Origin: Octopus bimaculoides
Taxonomy: Eukaryota
Assembly: GCF_001194135.2 (NCBI RefSeq)
Contig: NC_068984.1
Location: 46,359,964-46,423,963, forward strand
Direction: 5' to 3'
DNA length: 64,000 nt
A model generated the notes under the pieces. The model saw only the letters and a list, made by a program, of their open reading frames with translations. It did not search any database and was not told where the DNA came from. Made by a program: the position numbers and the translations under genes. How positions within the stretch are numbered: position 1 is the first letter of the stretch; each line of letters opens with the position of its first letter. Below are positions 38,900-51,610 of the stretch, one piece after another.

Positions 38900-39480
38900 C
38901 AAAGGAGTACTGCAAATTGTCCGACATGCATAGATGGCTATAGTTTGTTTACTGTTTGTATCATTTACAAAAGCAATAAGCATAGATGGATTAAGAAGTT
39001 TAAAGGAAAATTAGCATTGAAGACAAACTCCATTGTTGGAGGCCATTAACTGCGCCTGCTGAGATAAATAGTTGATGAATTGTTTCATAGTAAGTAGATG
39101 AATTGTTTCATGCGGTCAAATTCATCTCATTCCTTGAGTTTACTTTAGGCTCGAACCGTGATCGCAATGCATATTAGAAGCTGGTTGAAGATATCGGTTT
39201 GATGGAGAGAAGGTGGAAATCTGCTGTGGTCTTTTAGAATTGTTTGAAGTGAATGGGGATAATATTTTCAGATATGATAACTGAAGATAAAACATGGGCG
39301 TCTATTTAAGATTTGGAAACGAAACCTAAGACCGTCGAGTGGCTGCACATCCCTTGCCAAATGCTTAAGAGGTTCAAGAACCAGCAGAAAATTATGATGA
39401 CTGACTTGGAATGACACAGTCAGCATTCGCCGGTAATTTTTGAAACGTGGACGTATTGTGAACAGCGAATGGAATACCCA
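38900..39480 (+). mobile_element. Mariner transposase fragment (HTH to first catalytic Asp)
   Basis: RWIKKFK..SIEDK..RPLTA, then ITEDKTWASI*DLETKPKTVEWLH...KRFK..KIMMT, resembling the mariner ITGDETW...ETK.QS.EW..K.FK...KVM pattern. Confidence 0.7.
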
Positions 39481-40809
39481 CTCACTGTACCACCTGAATT
39501 TAACATCTATAAAGTTGGACCTGCTCGGTCGGTCCAACTATGTAGAGTCTTTTATGATACGAATTTATTGATACAGACGAAGTCAAAATACCTGTGAAGA
39601 AGTGCAATAACGCACACCTGATTTCTTATAAGGAGCCGCCGACAGTAGATGGCACACATTGATCGCACGGGATAAAATCTATGTTGATGAGTGTCTTTGT
39701 AGAGAGGAAGAAATTTAAGAAAAGTTCTAGACACTCAATGTCCCATCCACAGTTGGGTGGGAAAGGAAGGATAGGAGAATATAACCTAAACTCAAAAGGT
39801 TCATAGCACTCCTATATTCTGTCCTCTTTGTACTAACAAATATGAACAACACAGCCGGTAAATATGTGAATAACTAAAAGCATTACATGACGAGCACTAC
39901 ACTTGAATATAAGTTTTATAAGGTCAACCGCAATGTTTACAAACATAATAGATTTCAGTTTCAACACAACCTCCCCCCCCCCATCTCCCCTGAACGTTAA
40001 CTAACAAACAACTAAATGTATTCAGTTCGCTTCGAAACTAACCGAATGGACGTATCCTAAAGAAGCTGCGCAGATATCGTGCCCGGTTGCATGTACAACT
40101 GCTCGCATTTTTTGCAGTGGCAACATGTGTAGGTCGTAACATTTGTAGGCAACATGTGTAGGTGAAATTATAAAAAAAAAAAGGAAATTAATCATGAGAA
40201 TGAAGAAGCGTCCATTTTCTATATCGTTATAATTGTATTTGTTTGTGTTTGTGCGTGTGTGCGTTTGTGCGTGTGTGTTTATGCATGTGTGTGTTTGTGC
40301 GTATGACTGTGTGTTCGTGTGTGCGTGTGTGTGTTCGTCTGTGGATGTTCGTGTGTATGTGTCTGTTTTATTTTATGTAATAAAGTAGTATATCTTTGGT
40401 TATCTTATATAATCGGTCAGAAGGTTACTATTGTTTACACGTCAACTATCGCACTTGGCAACAAAGGCGACCCATCTTGACCTGCTGTCCAGAAGCACGT
40501 ATTCTTCAATTCTTTTATAATGGAAGTAAAATTATAGTCTCGGTTAGACCAAACACACAGTTTCTACAGATTCTATCTCCATTAGTAAAGACGCCATATG
40601 ATTCCGACCACCAGGTTCATGAGTCACATATGTTGCTGAGTGGAATAGTAGATGTGAAACCAATGGGAACTTTCCGACAGGCCATATCCAAAGATATAGA
40701 ACCCAATTACATAAAATATATCTGCTCAAAATATTTTCTAGAGCGTGTTTTATTTCTGATTTATAAACACTTGACCGATATATATATATATACATACATN
40801 NNNNNNNNN

Positions 40810-40840
<31 letters not shown>

Positions 40841-40893
40841 GTATACGGATATATATATATATGCATATATATATATGTATGTATATATATATA

Positions 40894-42050
40894 TTTGGTC
40901 ATCCCAAATTTTATACTTCTTTTATACTTCTTTTATTTTTCAAAATTAAGATAAACAATTTTTTCTTAATATAAATATACTCTCTTCATTTTCTACAATG
41001 TTCATCCATCTATCTGATAGATTTGCAAAGCCCCTCTTCCAAAATTCACTTCTCCGTGACGAAAATTCTCCTCCATTACTGTTTTGATCTTGTCTAAAGA
41101 ATTCATATTTTTTCCGTCCAAATGATTTTGAACGTCCAAATGCAGAATAGATGATAATCAGATGGACAACGTCCAGCGAATATGATGAGTGGGGCATCTT
41201 TTCCCATTGAAACTGCTCCGCCATTTGGAATGTCATCATCAATGCATACCAAAGATGGTCGTTTTTCTTCAAGCGCTGACTTAAGCCGCTCAAGCTGCTC
41301 GCAGTAGGTGTCCGTTGTTATCCTTTGGTTTGGGTTTAAAAGTTCAAAGTGAACTAAACCTTTCATATCCCACCATTTTTATAGAGAACAAATATCTCGT
41401 CACCAGTCACTCGGTATATATATATAAAATGAAAATAAGCAACAAGGATATCCAAAGTTAATGCAGTACTATCCTTTCATGCGACTCCATTTAATTGAGC
41501 AACGTATTCAATATCTTTTTGCAGCTGAAGATTGTTCTACATTTTATATCTGATGTAATGTTTACATTGCTCAATTTAATAGATTTGCATGAAACGATCG
41601 TACTGCATTAACTTTGGATATCCTTGTTGCTTATTTTGATTTTAATCACCTTATTTTGAAATTGTATGGATAATACCATACTAAATTCTGGTGCTTAAAC
41701 CTGAATGACCAAATTCATGCTTCTCCGCTACTTCCTCAACAGTTTGCAATGAGATTTTCTTCCACCAGAGATATCAGGACGTTCTCGTCAAGCTCTACAC
41801 ATCTTCCAGGACGTCACTCGTTTTCTAGGCTGTAGTTTCCAGCACGAAATTTCTAGAACCACCGTTGTCACTGGCTTACGCTTATTGTCCGATCTCCATA
41901 TAATGCATTGATATTCCTCACACTCTCCGTTGCGTTGTTGCCTTTATTGAATTTGCAAAGTAAAATATGCCGAATATGCTCCTTTTTCACTTCCATTATA
42001 GCTTTGAAAAAATAACTGTTAAAATTGATGTGCACTTTTCAAAACTTGGA
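40894..42050 (-). mobile_element. Mariner remnant with internal deletions and a MITE insertion
   Basis: ATG at 41996: MEVKKEHIRHILL...RPGR; then VTGDE, WWDMKGLVHFELL...KRPSL, PHSSYS and DRWMNIVENE; putative 3' TIR after TA at 40892-40893. Confidence 0.9.
41427..41642. mobile_element. Fold-back MITE, 216 bp, ~80-bp inverted arms, TA-flanked
   Basis: AAATGAAAATAAGCAACAAGGATATCCAAAGTTAATGCAGTAC... pairs with ...GTACTGCATTAACTTTGGATATCCTTGTTGCTTATTTTGATTT. Confidence 0.88.
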
Positions 42051-42746
42051 CTAAGAATAAGGACAAGATGGAGACAGAGAGGGAGTAAGACACACAAAAA
42101 TAGACGCGTACGCACACATATAAACACATTGCATTTGTTTGTTCCTAATATTCGTTTATATGTTGATATGAGTGTGCGAGATAGTCTTTTCGCTTGTGCG
42201 TATGTGTTTAAATGTGTGCGCTTCTCGAATTTTGTGATATCTGTGGTAGTTAGGTTCTTTTTAATATTCTCTTTCATAATGGACCGGGAACAGAAAGACA
42301 GTATTTAATGAACAGTGCTTCTGTCTTTGTTTCTGTCCCTCTCCTTTTCTTCCTGCTAAATTTATTCATTCACACTCTCTTACTTGCACCTGTTCTACCC
42401 CTACTTCACCCGCTAAATATATGCAATCTGTTCGTGTGTGTGTTTCTTAGTCTCTGTCTTTCATATCTTGCCTCTACCTCACACTCTTGCCACGTTTGTA
42501 ACATCAATATCATCTCCGACGTGCATGGCTTTGATTTATATAATAGGTGACATCTTTAGTGTGTTAGTTAGCAGTATTTTATTTTATACTGGCTTGTGAC
42601 TGTACGTTATAAAGCTTTTCGATTCTTTCTCGCTATGGGAACCATGCAGACGGATAAATTCAGTAATCTGTGCATTCATACACATGCAAACATATATGTA
42701 TGTATGTTTGCATGTATGTACGTATGTATGTATGTATGTATGTTTG

Positions 42747-42790
<44 letters not shown>

Positions 42791-43049
42791 ACGTATAGAG
42801 ACACGCACATAAAGCAAACAATAGTGCAATATTAATGCATCTAAGTGAAAGATTTTATCACCGATATGATACAATATATCACGAAGTAATCAGTTCTTGG
42901 AATCAATGTGAATTAAAAAAGAGAACAGTATAAGCGTTCTTCGGATATAGAGGAAAATTCGGAATATTTATTTCAAACTGTCCTATGCGAAATCTAGATG
43001 TTTTGGTAGTAACTTATTCGTGTATTGCAGTAGGTATAGCCGTCAGGCA

Positions 43050-43290
43050 CAAACGCGTTCGGGCTGGTACCGGATACTATGCTTCAGATACGATATAGTA
43101 ACGGGCAGATATAGACACCATTTCGCATCTTTGATCCTTGACACAACAACACATCCGAGCAGAATAGAGATCTGTATCAGGATGTGGTTGGCGCTCAATA
43201 TTTATAACAAGATCGGAGCCATCGTACCTAGAAATGGAAACCACAACATCGTATGTTGCTCACACGAATTTCTAAGCCATGCACCTTTAC
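43050..43290 (-). mobile_element. Highly diverged tRNA-SINE copy
   Basis: Minus strand begins GGTGCATGGCTTAG...TTGTGGTTTCCATTTC, resembling a tRNA-derived head; the rest is poorly conserved. Confidence 0.3.
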
Positions 43291-43680
43291 AGTTAGTCAT
43301 ATGTGCGTATGTGTGCCTGTATATGTTTCTAGGTGTGTATTTCTATGCTCATCTAGAACTCCAACAGGCATAGCATACGGTACCAAGCTATACGCGTTTG
43401 CGCATGAAGCTTATACAGCAAGTCAATGCATGAACTAATAACTACCGAAATATTTAAATGTCGCACGGGACAGCTTGAGATGAATATTCCAAATTTAGAT
43501 GCGAAGTTAAGCTGAAGAGATGTTTGTGATTGTTTCAACTTATCTAAGAACAGGCCAACCTTTTCGCAATATCTTTTCACTTGTCAGTTAGCAGTTGGTC
43601 TTCAAAGTCACCAACGGAGAGATTTTGCTGTGATGGGGTGTGGTGTGTGTGTATGTGCGTGTGGGTTTGTGCGCGTCTCT

Positions 43681-44174
43681 CTTTTCTTTTACTCTCTTAC
43701 TTGTTTCAGTCATTTTGACTGCGGCCATGCTGGAGCACCACCTTTAGTCGAACAAATCGACCCCAGGACTTATTCTTTGGAAGCCTAGCATTTATTCTAT
43801 CAGTTTTTGTGCCGAACCGCTAAGTTACGGGGACGTAAACACACCAGCATCGTTTGTCAAGCGATGTTGGGGAGACAAACACAGACACACAAACACACAC
43901 ATACATACACACACACATATATATATACATATATACGACGGGCTTCTTTCAGTTTCCGTCTACCAAATCCACTCACAAGGCNNNNNNNNNNCATATATAT
44001 ATACATATATACGACGGGCTTCTTTCAGTTTCCGTCTACCAAATCCACTCACAAGGCTTTGGGCGGCCCGAGGCTATAGTAGAAGACACTTGCCCAAGGT
44101 GCCACGCAGTGGGACTGAACCCGGAACCATGCGGTTGGTAAGCAAGCTACTTACCACACAGACATTCCTGCGCC
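43681..44174 (-). mobile_element. SINE family A, full length (66-bp artefactual duplication at the N10 gap)
   Basis: Reverse complement of the 33603 copy from GGCGCAGG head to AAAAG tail; B-box-like GGTTCAGTCCC; 43916-43981 is repeated at 43992-44057. Confidence 0.93.
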
Positions 44175-44437
44175 TATACATATAAATACATATATGTACT
44201 CACTCTCACACACTCACACACGTACATATATATATCCAGATACATGTGTATGTGCATGTATGTATGTATGTATGTATATGTATGTATGTATATATATGTN
44301 NNNNNNNNNNNNNNNNNNNNNNNNNNNNNNNNNNNNNNNNNNNNNNNNNNNNNNNNNNNNNNNNNNNNNNNNNNNNNNNNNNNNNNNNNNNNNNNNNNNN
44401 NNNNNNNNNNNNATATATATATATATATAGGAATTTT

Positions 44438-44526
44438 CACTTGACCGGATAACTGAAGAGATGTTGGCGTGGGCTTCCACCCTGGCATCCGAAACTCGCA
44501 GCTTCATCATGGCTACTGAATAAGTG

Positions 44527-44527
<1 letters not shown>
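44438..44527 (+). ncRNA. Decayed hammerhead ribozyme motif with long stem II
   Basis: GGATAA-CTGAAGA-GATGTTGG-cGTGG-GCTT-CCACc-CTGGCATC-C-GAAA-CTCGCAGCT: intact CUGAAGA and GAAA, 8-bp stem plus inner hairpin; cleavage site and stem I 3' strand are degenerate. Confidence 0.55.
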
Positions 44528-44576
<49 letters not shown>

Positions 44577-46689
44577 GGATCAAAACAGTTTGATTGAAAT
44601 TCGTTGGTATTCCAATTTTCAAGCGTGAAGTTAGTCTTCAGCCATTTTGAATTTGAATGAAAGCTGATTGTTATTACCGTAAGGTGGGCTGTGACTGGTC
44701 GTGGAAAGTCACGCAGTGTCGTGGTTTAACTGCATGGTTAAGAGGAAATGGACCGCGTGGTGAACAGGATATCTGTCGGGTTGGAGGGGAAGTAGGAAAT
44801 GGCGGTATGTGCAAGAATATAGATGTATATGTGGGTGTGTGAAAGTGCTCATATGGTTTTGCGTGCATGTCTGTATTGATGCGATTGTGTGCATCTGTAT
44901 ATGGGCGCGCGCGCTGAAGCTCTACACATATATGAACGAACATGCGCGTGCACAAACACATACATGTAGAATTTGTTTCAGAAATTTGACTGGCATTCAT
45001 GGGAAATGGCTGTACCAATACTTACTAGAGTCAATGTAGATTTGGTAGTTTTTATTGTTGTTCTTTATCTCTTGTGAACCCAATAAAAACAAAACAGTCC
45101 TTGTTTAACAGCATTAAAGACATGTCCATTCGACATTTTTGTTACGTTTCATTAGATGTTCTTTTTGTCAAAGACAGAAGCTTGTAACATGGTAGTGATA
45201 TGGTTGCTTCTATTAACAGATTATTGAGCACGTAGAAACTTCCCTATTTTTAGTTATATCTTATTTGTTCAAAGTAAGTTTTATGCTAATTGTATACAAC
45301 ATGAAGGGATTTCCGACATACCACGTTCATAGGTTTCCTATAACTAGCAGAAAGTTGTCAGCTCGAATCTCTATGTTGACAAATGATTAACATATCCAGA
45401 CCAAGATTTCACAATTATTTTCGCCAGTCAATTTCCGCTGTCACTCTGATTGGGGGACTGGTCTCAGGTGTACCAGCTTTGAATATTTCATCTATTTTCA
45501 GACGCGGCGTGAAGAGAACTAAACTATGGAATGTAACTGTCTATTTCCATTGGAACTGCAAGGTGTAATTCAAAGAGTCTTGGTTGTTATTGCAGTAATT
45601 TTAAGTCAACACTCTAGTAGCCCGGAAGAAGCTATTTCTCATCAAACAACATCCTTTAAAAGTATAGTAATTTGTCTTACCCACTGAATGCTACAAACAA
45701 TATAAAGAAAAAAGTCAACAAACCAATTCCATGGATCTTTGTAATTATGGAAATGTTAAACTTAACTCTAAATATCATATTGATAGTATACTTCATTGAA
45801 TCAATGAGAAATGTCCGACATTAAAAGCTGAAGATTAGACAAAGACGAGTCTGGATAAAAAAAAAACATCGACATTACACTGTCATATTTGTAAAGAGAT
45901 TCCAATGAAATTCTAGTTATTAATTCTTGAGTTCATGAAATAAGAATTGTAGATGGAAATTATATTTCCGAGACCATACATACGGTTGTAACAACTATAT
46001 AATTCCTATCAGCGAGTCAACACAAGTAAAAGTAGTTTCCACGAACGAAAATATTGTATATGGTGATAATTTATATGAGTGAACTTTAAATAGATCAAGT
46101 GGATCTATAAAAAGCTAATATTAGTAATTATACTTTAATTTGTGGTTGATATATATTTAAGAAATACATTTTAAATAATGAGCCTAATGGAGTTTTCTAT
46201 GTGGTCTCTTTTCTCTGATCGACGTGAAGTGTCTTTGAAACGATAGTATGTACATTTACAGCATTAATGTAGCTACAATTCTTAGGTTACAATGACAGAC
46301 ACTAAAAGGCATCAACAGAAATGGACGTCCTGAAAGCGGGACACAAACTGCCATGATTCATATCATTAGGAGCGTTTTTGTCCAGGAAAGTAACATTTCC
46401 TAGAACAGGCTTTAGTGATCAACACCAATATACAAATACAGTTATCGTTGTTTATAAAGCAGAATTATGCGATGATATTATTCTTGATTAGATAGGTTAT
46501 AATGAAACACTTCATCTCATCCATTCGAAAACGTCATTTACTTCCGTTGTACATCTCGGTGATTCTTAAAGAAATTTGTGGACATAAAGCAGGGAACATC
46601 AAACTATAGTTCAAATAATACAGCTTTCCAGTTTTAATTATAACTTAAGAAGGATGAGTACGCTCGATTTATGACTGGATTGATGATAA

Positions 46690-46830
46690 TAATGACGATT
46701 CAAAATAATGATTATTACGAGAATGATGAGAATGACGATATCAATAATGATGCAAATGATGATGTTGACGATGATGATGACGATAATAATGGTGGTGGTA
46801 GTGCTGGTGATGATGATGATGATGATGGAT
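46690..46830. repeat. Degenerate (GAT)n
   Basis: Direct repeats; spurious poly-D ORF. Confidence 0.85.
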
Positions 46831-47112
46831 TTCTTTGCCGACAGAAGCCATAGCGTCGCTTATATATGATTAATCTTCTTGAGATCTAATTGATGTTGGC
46901 CGACATATATTTTTTTCGTTACAGGAATGGAATTAGTGGTTGAAAAACATAAAAATGCAATAAATTAGTAAACTAAAACACATTAGAAAGCACAATAAAA
47001 ATTCTGACTGAAAATAAAATAGAAAACAGGAAAATATGAAAGCAAAACATAACTGCTGCATTCACATCAAGACATGGCTAAGAGGAGAAAACGGAGAGAA
47101 ATATGAGACGAT

Positions 47113-47130
47113 TGTGATGATGATGATGAC

Positions 47131-47193
<63 letters not shown>

Positions 47194-47290
47194 CATCATC
47201 ATGATGATGATGATGATCATCATCATGATGATGATGATGATCATGATGAGGATAACGATGATGACAATGATGACGAAAGTCATGATAACA
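47113..47290. repeat. (GAT)n/(CAT)n trinucleotide repeat
   Basis: Direct repeats; spurious poly-M/I/H ORFs. Confidence 0.95.
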
Positions 47291-47844
47291 AGAGGAAGAC
47301 GAAGATGGTGATGCAGATTTAGCGCCGAAAGTATAAGTACAAACATATGAAATCAATGCTGTTATAATAAAAATTTTAAAAACCCAATAGGATAGATGTA
47401 AATAATGTAAAAAACTGAAAATAATGCAAAAAATATCATTGGATACTTGAAAAACAGGAAACAAAAATCAGAATGATTACTACAATAACGATATGAAACT
47501 AATATAAGAATCAAGTCTCTAAGACACGATCTGCTAAACATAGCAGCCGAAATTTAGTCAATGACACCTTCCGTCTAATCAAACAATGAGACACCAAACA
47601 CCGTTAAATATTATAAGCAAATATGTTGGGTGTATTACGGTGGACGACATATTTAGTCATCATGGTTGAAGACAAACAACGAGAAAATAAATTGCAATAT
47701 GATTGACAAAAATGTGAAGATATGAGATAGAAATATAGTTGTGAACTGCTCGGAGAATAGTGCAGCTGAAGAGCGGAAAAAATATATGGAGAACTCCAAA
47801 AATACTAGAAGGTGCACTGATATTCAGTAAACAAGTATTCATAC

Positions 47845-48040
<196 letters not shown>

Positions 48041-48178
48041 GACAGAGGTCTTCCGCACATTTTTGTTTTCAGATTCGTTTTCTAAACCTTTTGTTTTACA
48101 CTCGTTGCGTTATTATTTTTTTTTATAGATTTCGTTTCCGGGTAATAATCTCAACATTAACCTTACCGGTATGTGCAA

Positions 48179-48241
48179 TGTGTGTGAGTGTATGTGTGTG
48201 AGTGTATGTGTGTGAGTGTATGTGTGTGAGTGTATGTGTGT
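48179..48241. repeat. 14-bp tandem repeat GTGTGTGAGTGTAT, about 4.5 copies
   Basis: Exact unit reiteration. Confidence 0.9.
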
Positions 48242-48329
48242 GGTTGAAATCTACGGATGCACAAACGCATAAAACGGAGAAAATTAAACAAATATGGACA
48301 ACTTGTTCCGAAACACTCCCGAGTGGGGA

Positions 48330-49128
48330 AAAGTTCTCAAAATCTACTCAGAGTGCTATTATCTAAGGCTTCTATTACACCGTGTCAAGGGATCCACATC
48401 ATTTACAGTGTTACATACAGTTGATATCACTGTATGCCAAACATATAGCCAGACTTGCCATCTCAGAGGTCTTCTGGAAGATGATGCACACTGGGATGCC
48501 ATTCTGACAGAGGCATAAATGTGCAAGTCTCCTATGCAGCTGTGAAACCTACCTCTTCTCCACCATGTTGATGAACTGTGGATTCTCACGTCCAAATCAA
48601 CTTTGGTACAAAACAAGGAGGGGCTTTCTGAAACATTCTTCAAAGAATTCAGTTTCAGTGAGATGGTGATGTCATATTGAATGATGACATCTTCAATGAG
48701 GTATTAAGATTCATAGACGGCAAAGTTCAATCACTGGGTGGAAACAAACTTGAAATCTATGGTTTTCCAGTTCCTGTCAGAGATTTTCAACACAGATTAG
48801 CACAAGAGCTAATCAGGGAAACATCATACAACATGAAAAGTTTGCAAGCAGTTGTCAATGAAAAGGAACCAATTCTTGTAGGGATCAAAAGGAGGCATAC
48901 TGGCAAATTCTTACAACTGTGGTCAATAACACTGGTGGAGTCTTCTTAGATGCTCCTGGAGACACACGAAAGACATTATTGATGAGCCTGTTCTTTGCTA
49001 AGGTGAGACAGAAGAAGAAGATTGCTCTGGCTGTTACATCCTCTGGAATTGCAGCCACACTCCTAACAGGTGGAAGAACAGCCCATTCAACATTCAAGCT
49101 ATCTCTGAACCTCATCCAAAATGAAACT
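48330..49128 (+). mobile_element. Helitron RepHel fragment (Rep-helicase linker and PIF1 helicase motifs I/Ia), pseudogene
   Basis: ECYYLRLLLHRVKGSTSF...RGLLEDDAHWD; FLDAPGDTRKT (decayed Walker A); ALAVTSSGIAATLLTGGRTAHSTFKL. Frameshifts and stops. Confidence 0.92.
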
Positions 49129-49549
49129 GAAAGCTTAAACAGAAAGGAATACGATGAGAATCAAACCTACATCAATATTCTCGTATAACATTTAGATAAA
49201 CTTTGGATCAGCATACACCAGGTAATTTAAGAAGATATATTTTCAAAACCTAAACATCTTCACGATTAGAAACAGAACACTTTAAAAAAAGAGTGCGTAA
49301 CAAATATGTAAAAAAAAAAAACCCGGGAACAAAAAGAAGTATAAATGAGAATAACATGCTAACAACTTGAACGGCGATGATAACATGACACTTAAAATGC
49401 AAATCAAGTAAAACACATTAAAAAAGGAAATGCTACAACAAAGCTCAGACTACTGACTAACAAATCTCAAACTAGAACATCAGATATAAAATCAAGAATA
49501 AAAGTGTACGGCAAAATTTACGAATGGAAAATCCTAATGATGAAAATGA

Positions 49550-50480
49550 TGCATGTGACAAAACTCTATACATGATTATAATTAAAGATTTAAAATAAAG
49601 TGAAAAACGTAGAAGATAACCTCTATGTAGAAATTTAATGATAAAAAGTGCACTGATAATCATCGCAGAAAGTGAAAATCCAACAAGAATATCAATAATA
49701 CCAAGAAGTAACAAAATTTAATATTCAATTGCTACAGTAGTTATGAAGGAACATGGTTGTTCCGTAGGATTTACTCATAGAGAATCGTAAAATCTTTAAT
49801 TTAATCAATGAAACAGCTGGAAGAAAAGATACATGGTGAATAAACACTTCTGAAATCTAACGTAAAAAAAGAAGAAAAGAAGTAACAGAAACCAATGAAT
49901 GATTAGAACAATAATCCGCGTTAGATTTTAGAAAAGTTGACTACAAGTATTTGAAAAAGGAAAAGTAAGCTGCTAAACTCCGTTCTTATAAGAATTTCTC
50001 AAGAAGTGAAAAAGTAAAAAAAAAAAAAAAAAAGATTATATATAAAAATCAACCGAAATATATGCAACATTACCAGAAAACGAAATTGAGGAAATATGGT
50101 GAAAGTATTGATACGAAATTATACAAAGTTACAGTTGCATTAAGTGAATAATCGTCGGGCGCCACATCACCTGAAGAAACTGTATCGACGAAAAAAGAAA
50201 GAAATGATAAAAGGAAAGTACCATGAAACAGTAAAACAAAAAAATTTCTAATTGAGGTATTTAACAAGCAAAGAAAGTAATATCAGATTTTTAGTAACCC
50301 ATTGTAAGTACTGAAAATAACAACTGACTAGTCCGCTGAAGGTAAAACAATTTTATCTCCTAGATTACCCAAAGAAGAAATACTAAGATCCACGTAGCGA
50401 TAACCTGCTTAGTTGAAAGAATATTACAGAGATAAAGAAAAGAATGAAGGATTAAAGGCGCTCTACTTTCAGAATGTAGC
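49550..50480 (+). mobile_element. Possible very old Dong/R4-like LINE remnant
   Basis: A-rich strand-biased tract with only faint resemblance to pre-RT regions; no intact motif. Confidence 0.2.
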
Positions 50481-50756
50481 AAGAGCTTGTTATAAAGTCA
50501 CCTATTCGAAGTATTAGTTTCAACATAAAATAGCTTGTTTCTAAAAGAATTAGATAAATTAGCTAAATATATATACAGGGAGCTAGAAATAAAGATTATC
50601 AGACTGAGAATTCAAAACAGAAATGTTGCATAGGTGTCTTTGGAATCATGAAAATAATGCTTACAAATACTTAGCCAAAACCCAAGATGAAGAATTATAT
50701 ATGTATACATAAATCATGTATATAAAGATATACATGTATTGGCAGACACACACACA

Positions 50757-50825
<69 letters not shown>

Positions 50826-51294
50826 GCAACTCAAGAAGAAAATCCCTATCACTGTCATAACTACCATTCAAGCCATGCTACTACTAATAGCACAGGTANN
50901 NNNNNNNNNNNNNNNNNNNNNNNNNNNNNNNNNNNNNNNNNNNNNNNNNNNNNNNNNNNNNNNNNNNNNNNNNNNNNNNNNNNNNNNNNNNNNNNNNNNN
51001 NNNNNNNNNNNNNNNNNNNNNNNNNNNNNNNNNNNNNNNNNNNNNNNNNNNNNNNNNNNNNNNNNNNNNNNNNNNNNNNNNNNNNNNNNNNNNNNNNNNN
51101 NNNNNNNNNNNNNNNNNNNNNNNNNNNNNNNNNNNNNNNNNNNNNNNNNNNNNNNNNNNNNNNNNNNNNNNNNNNNNNNNNNNNNNNNNNNNNNNNNNNN
51201 NNNNNNNNNNNNNNNNNNNNNNNNNNNNNNNNNNNNNNNNNNNNNNNNNNNNNNNNNNNNNNNNNNNNNNNNNNNNNNNNNNNNNNNNNNNNNN

Positions 51295-51386
51295 CCGCCG
51301 CCGCCAATACCACCACAACCACCACTGTTATCATCGCCACCGCCGCAACCACCACCACCACCACCACCACCACCTCCGCCGCCGCG
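51295..51386. repeat. (CCG)/(CCA) trinucleotide repeat at a gap edge
   Basis: Direct repeats beside the 50899-51294 gap. Confidence 0.85.
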
Positions 51387-51463
51387 TAACAACGGCAAGA
51401 ACGAGGGCACCTGATCTGTGCGGAGAAAGAGGAACCAATCTGAACACGTTCATTCTTCTATGC

Positions 51464-51610
51464 CAGTGGTTCTCATCCTAGGTTCGTATGCCCCCTGAGG
51501 GTCCATATAAGGTTTTGTGGGTCCATGCAATAAAATAGTAAATTGAGGATCCACAATAGTATTTTAAGGGCCCCTGAAAAAAAATTGTTTTAGTTGTATG
51601 TATTCTCAAT
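51464..51610 (+). mobile_element. hAT(Charlie)-like MITE, left part, copy 1
   Basis: Begins CAGTGGTTCTCA; homologous to the 58479 copy (GGGTCCA...AAAATAGTAAA...TCCAC.ATAG.ATTT.AAGGG..CTGAAAAAAA). Confidence 0.7.

Noticed and set aside
47600-47830. Possible REL-endonuclease remnant of an R2/R4-group LINE
   Set aside because: Requires several frameshifts to see; not supportable without an HMM search.
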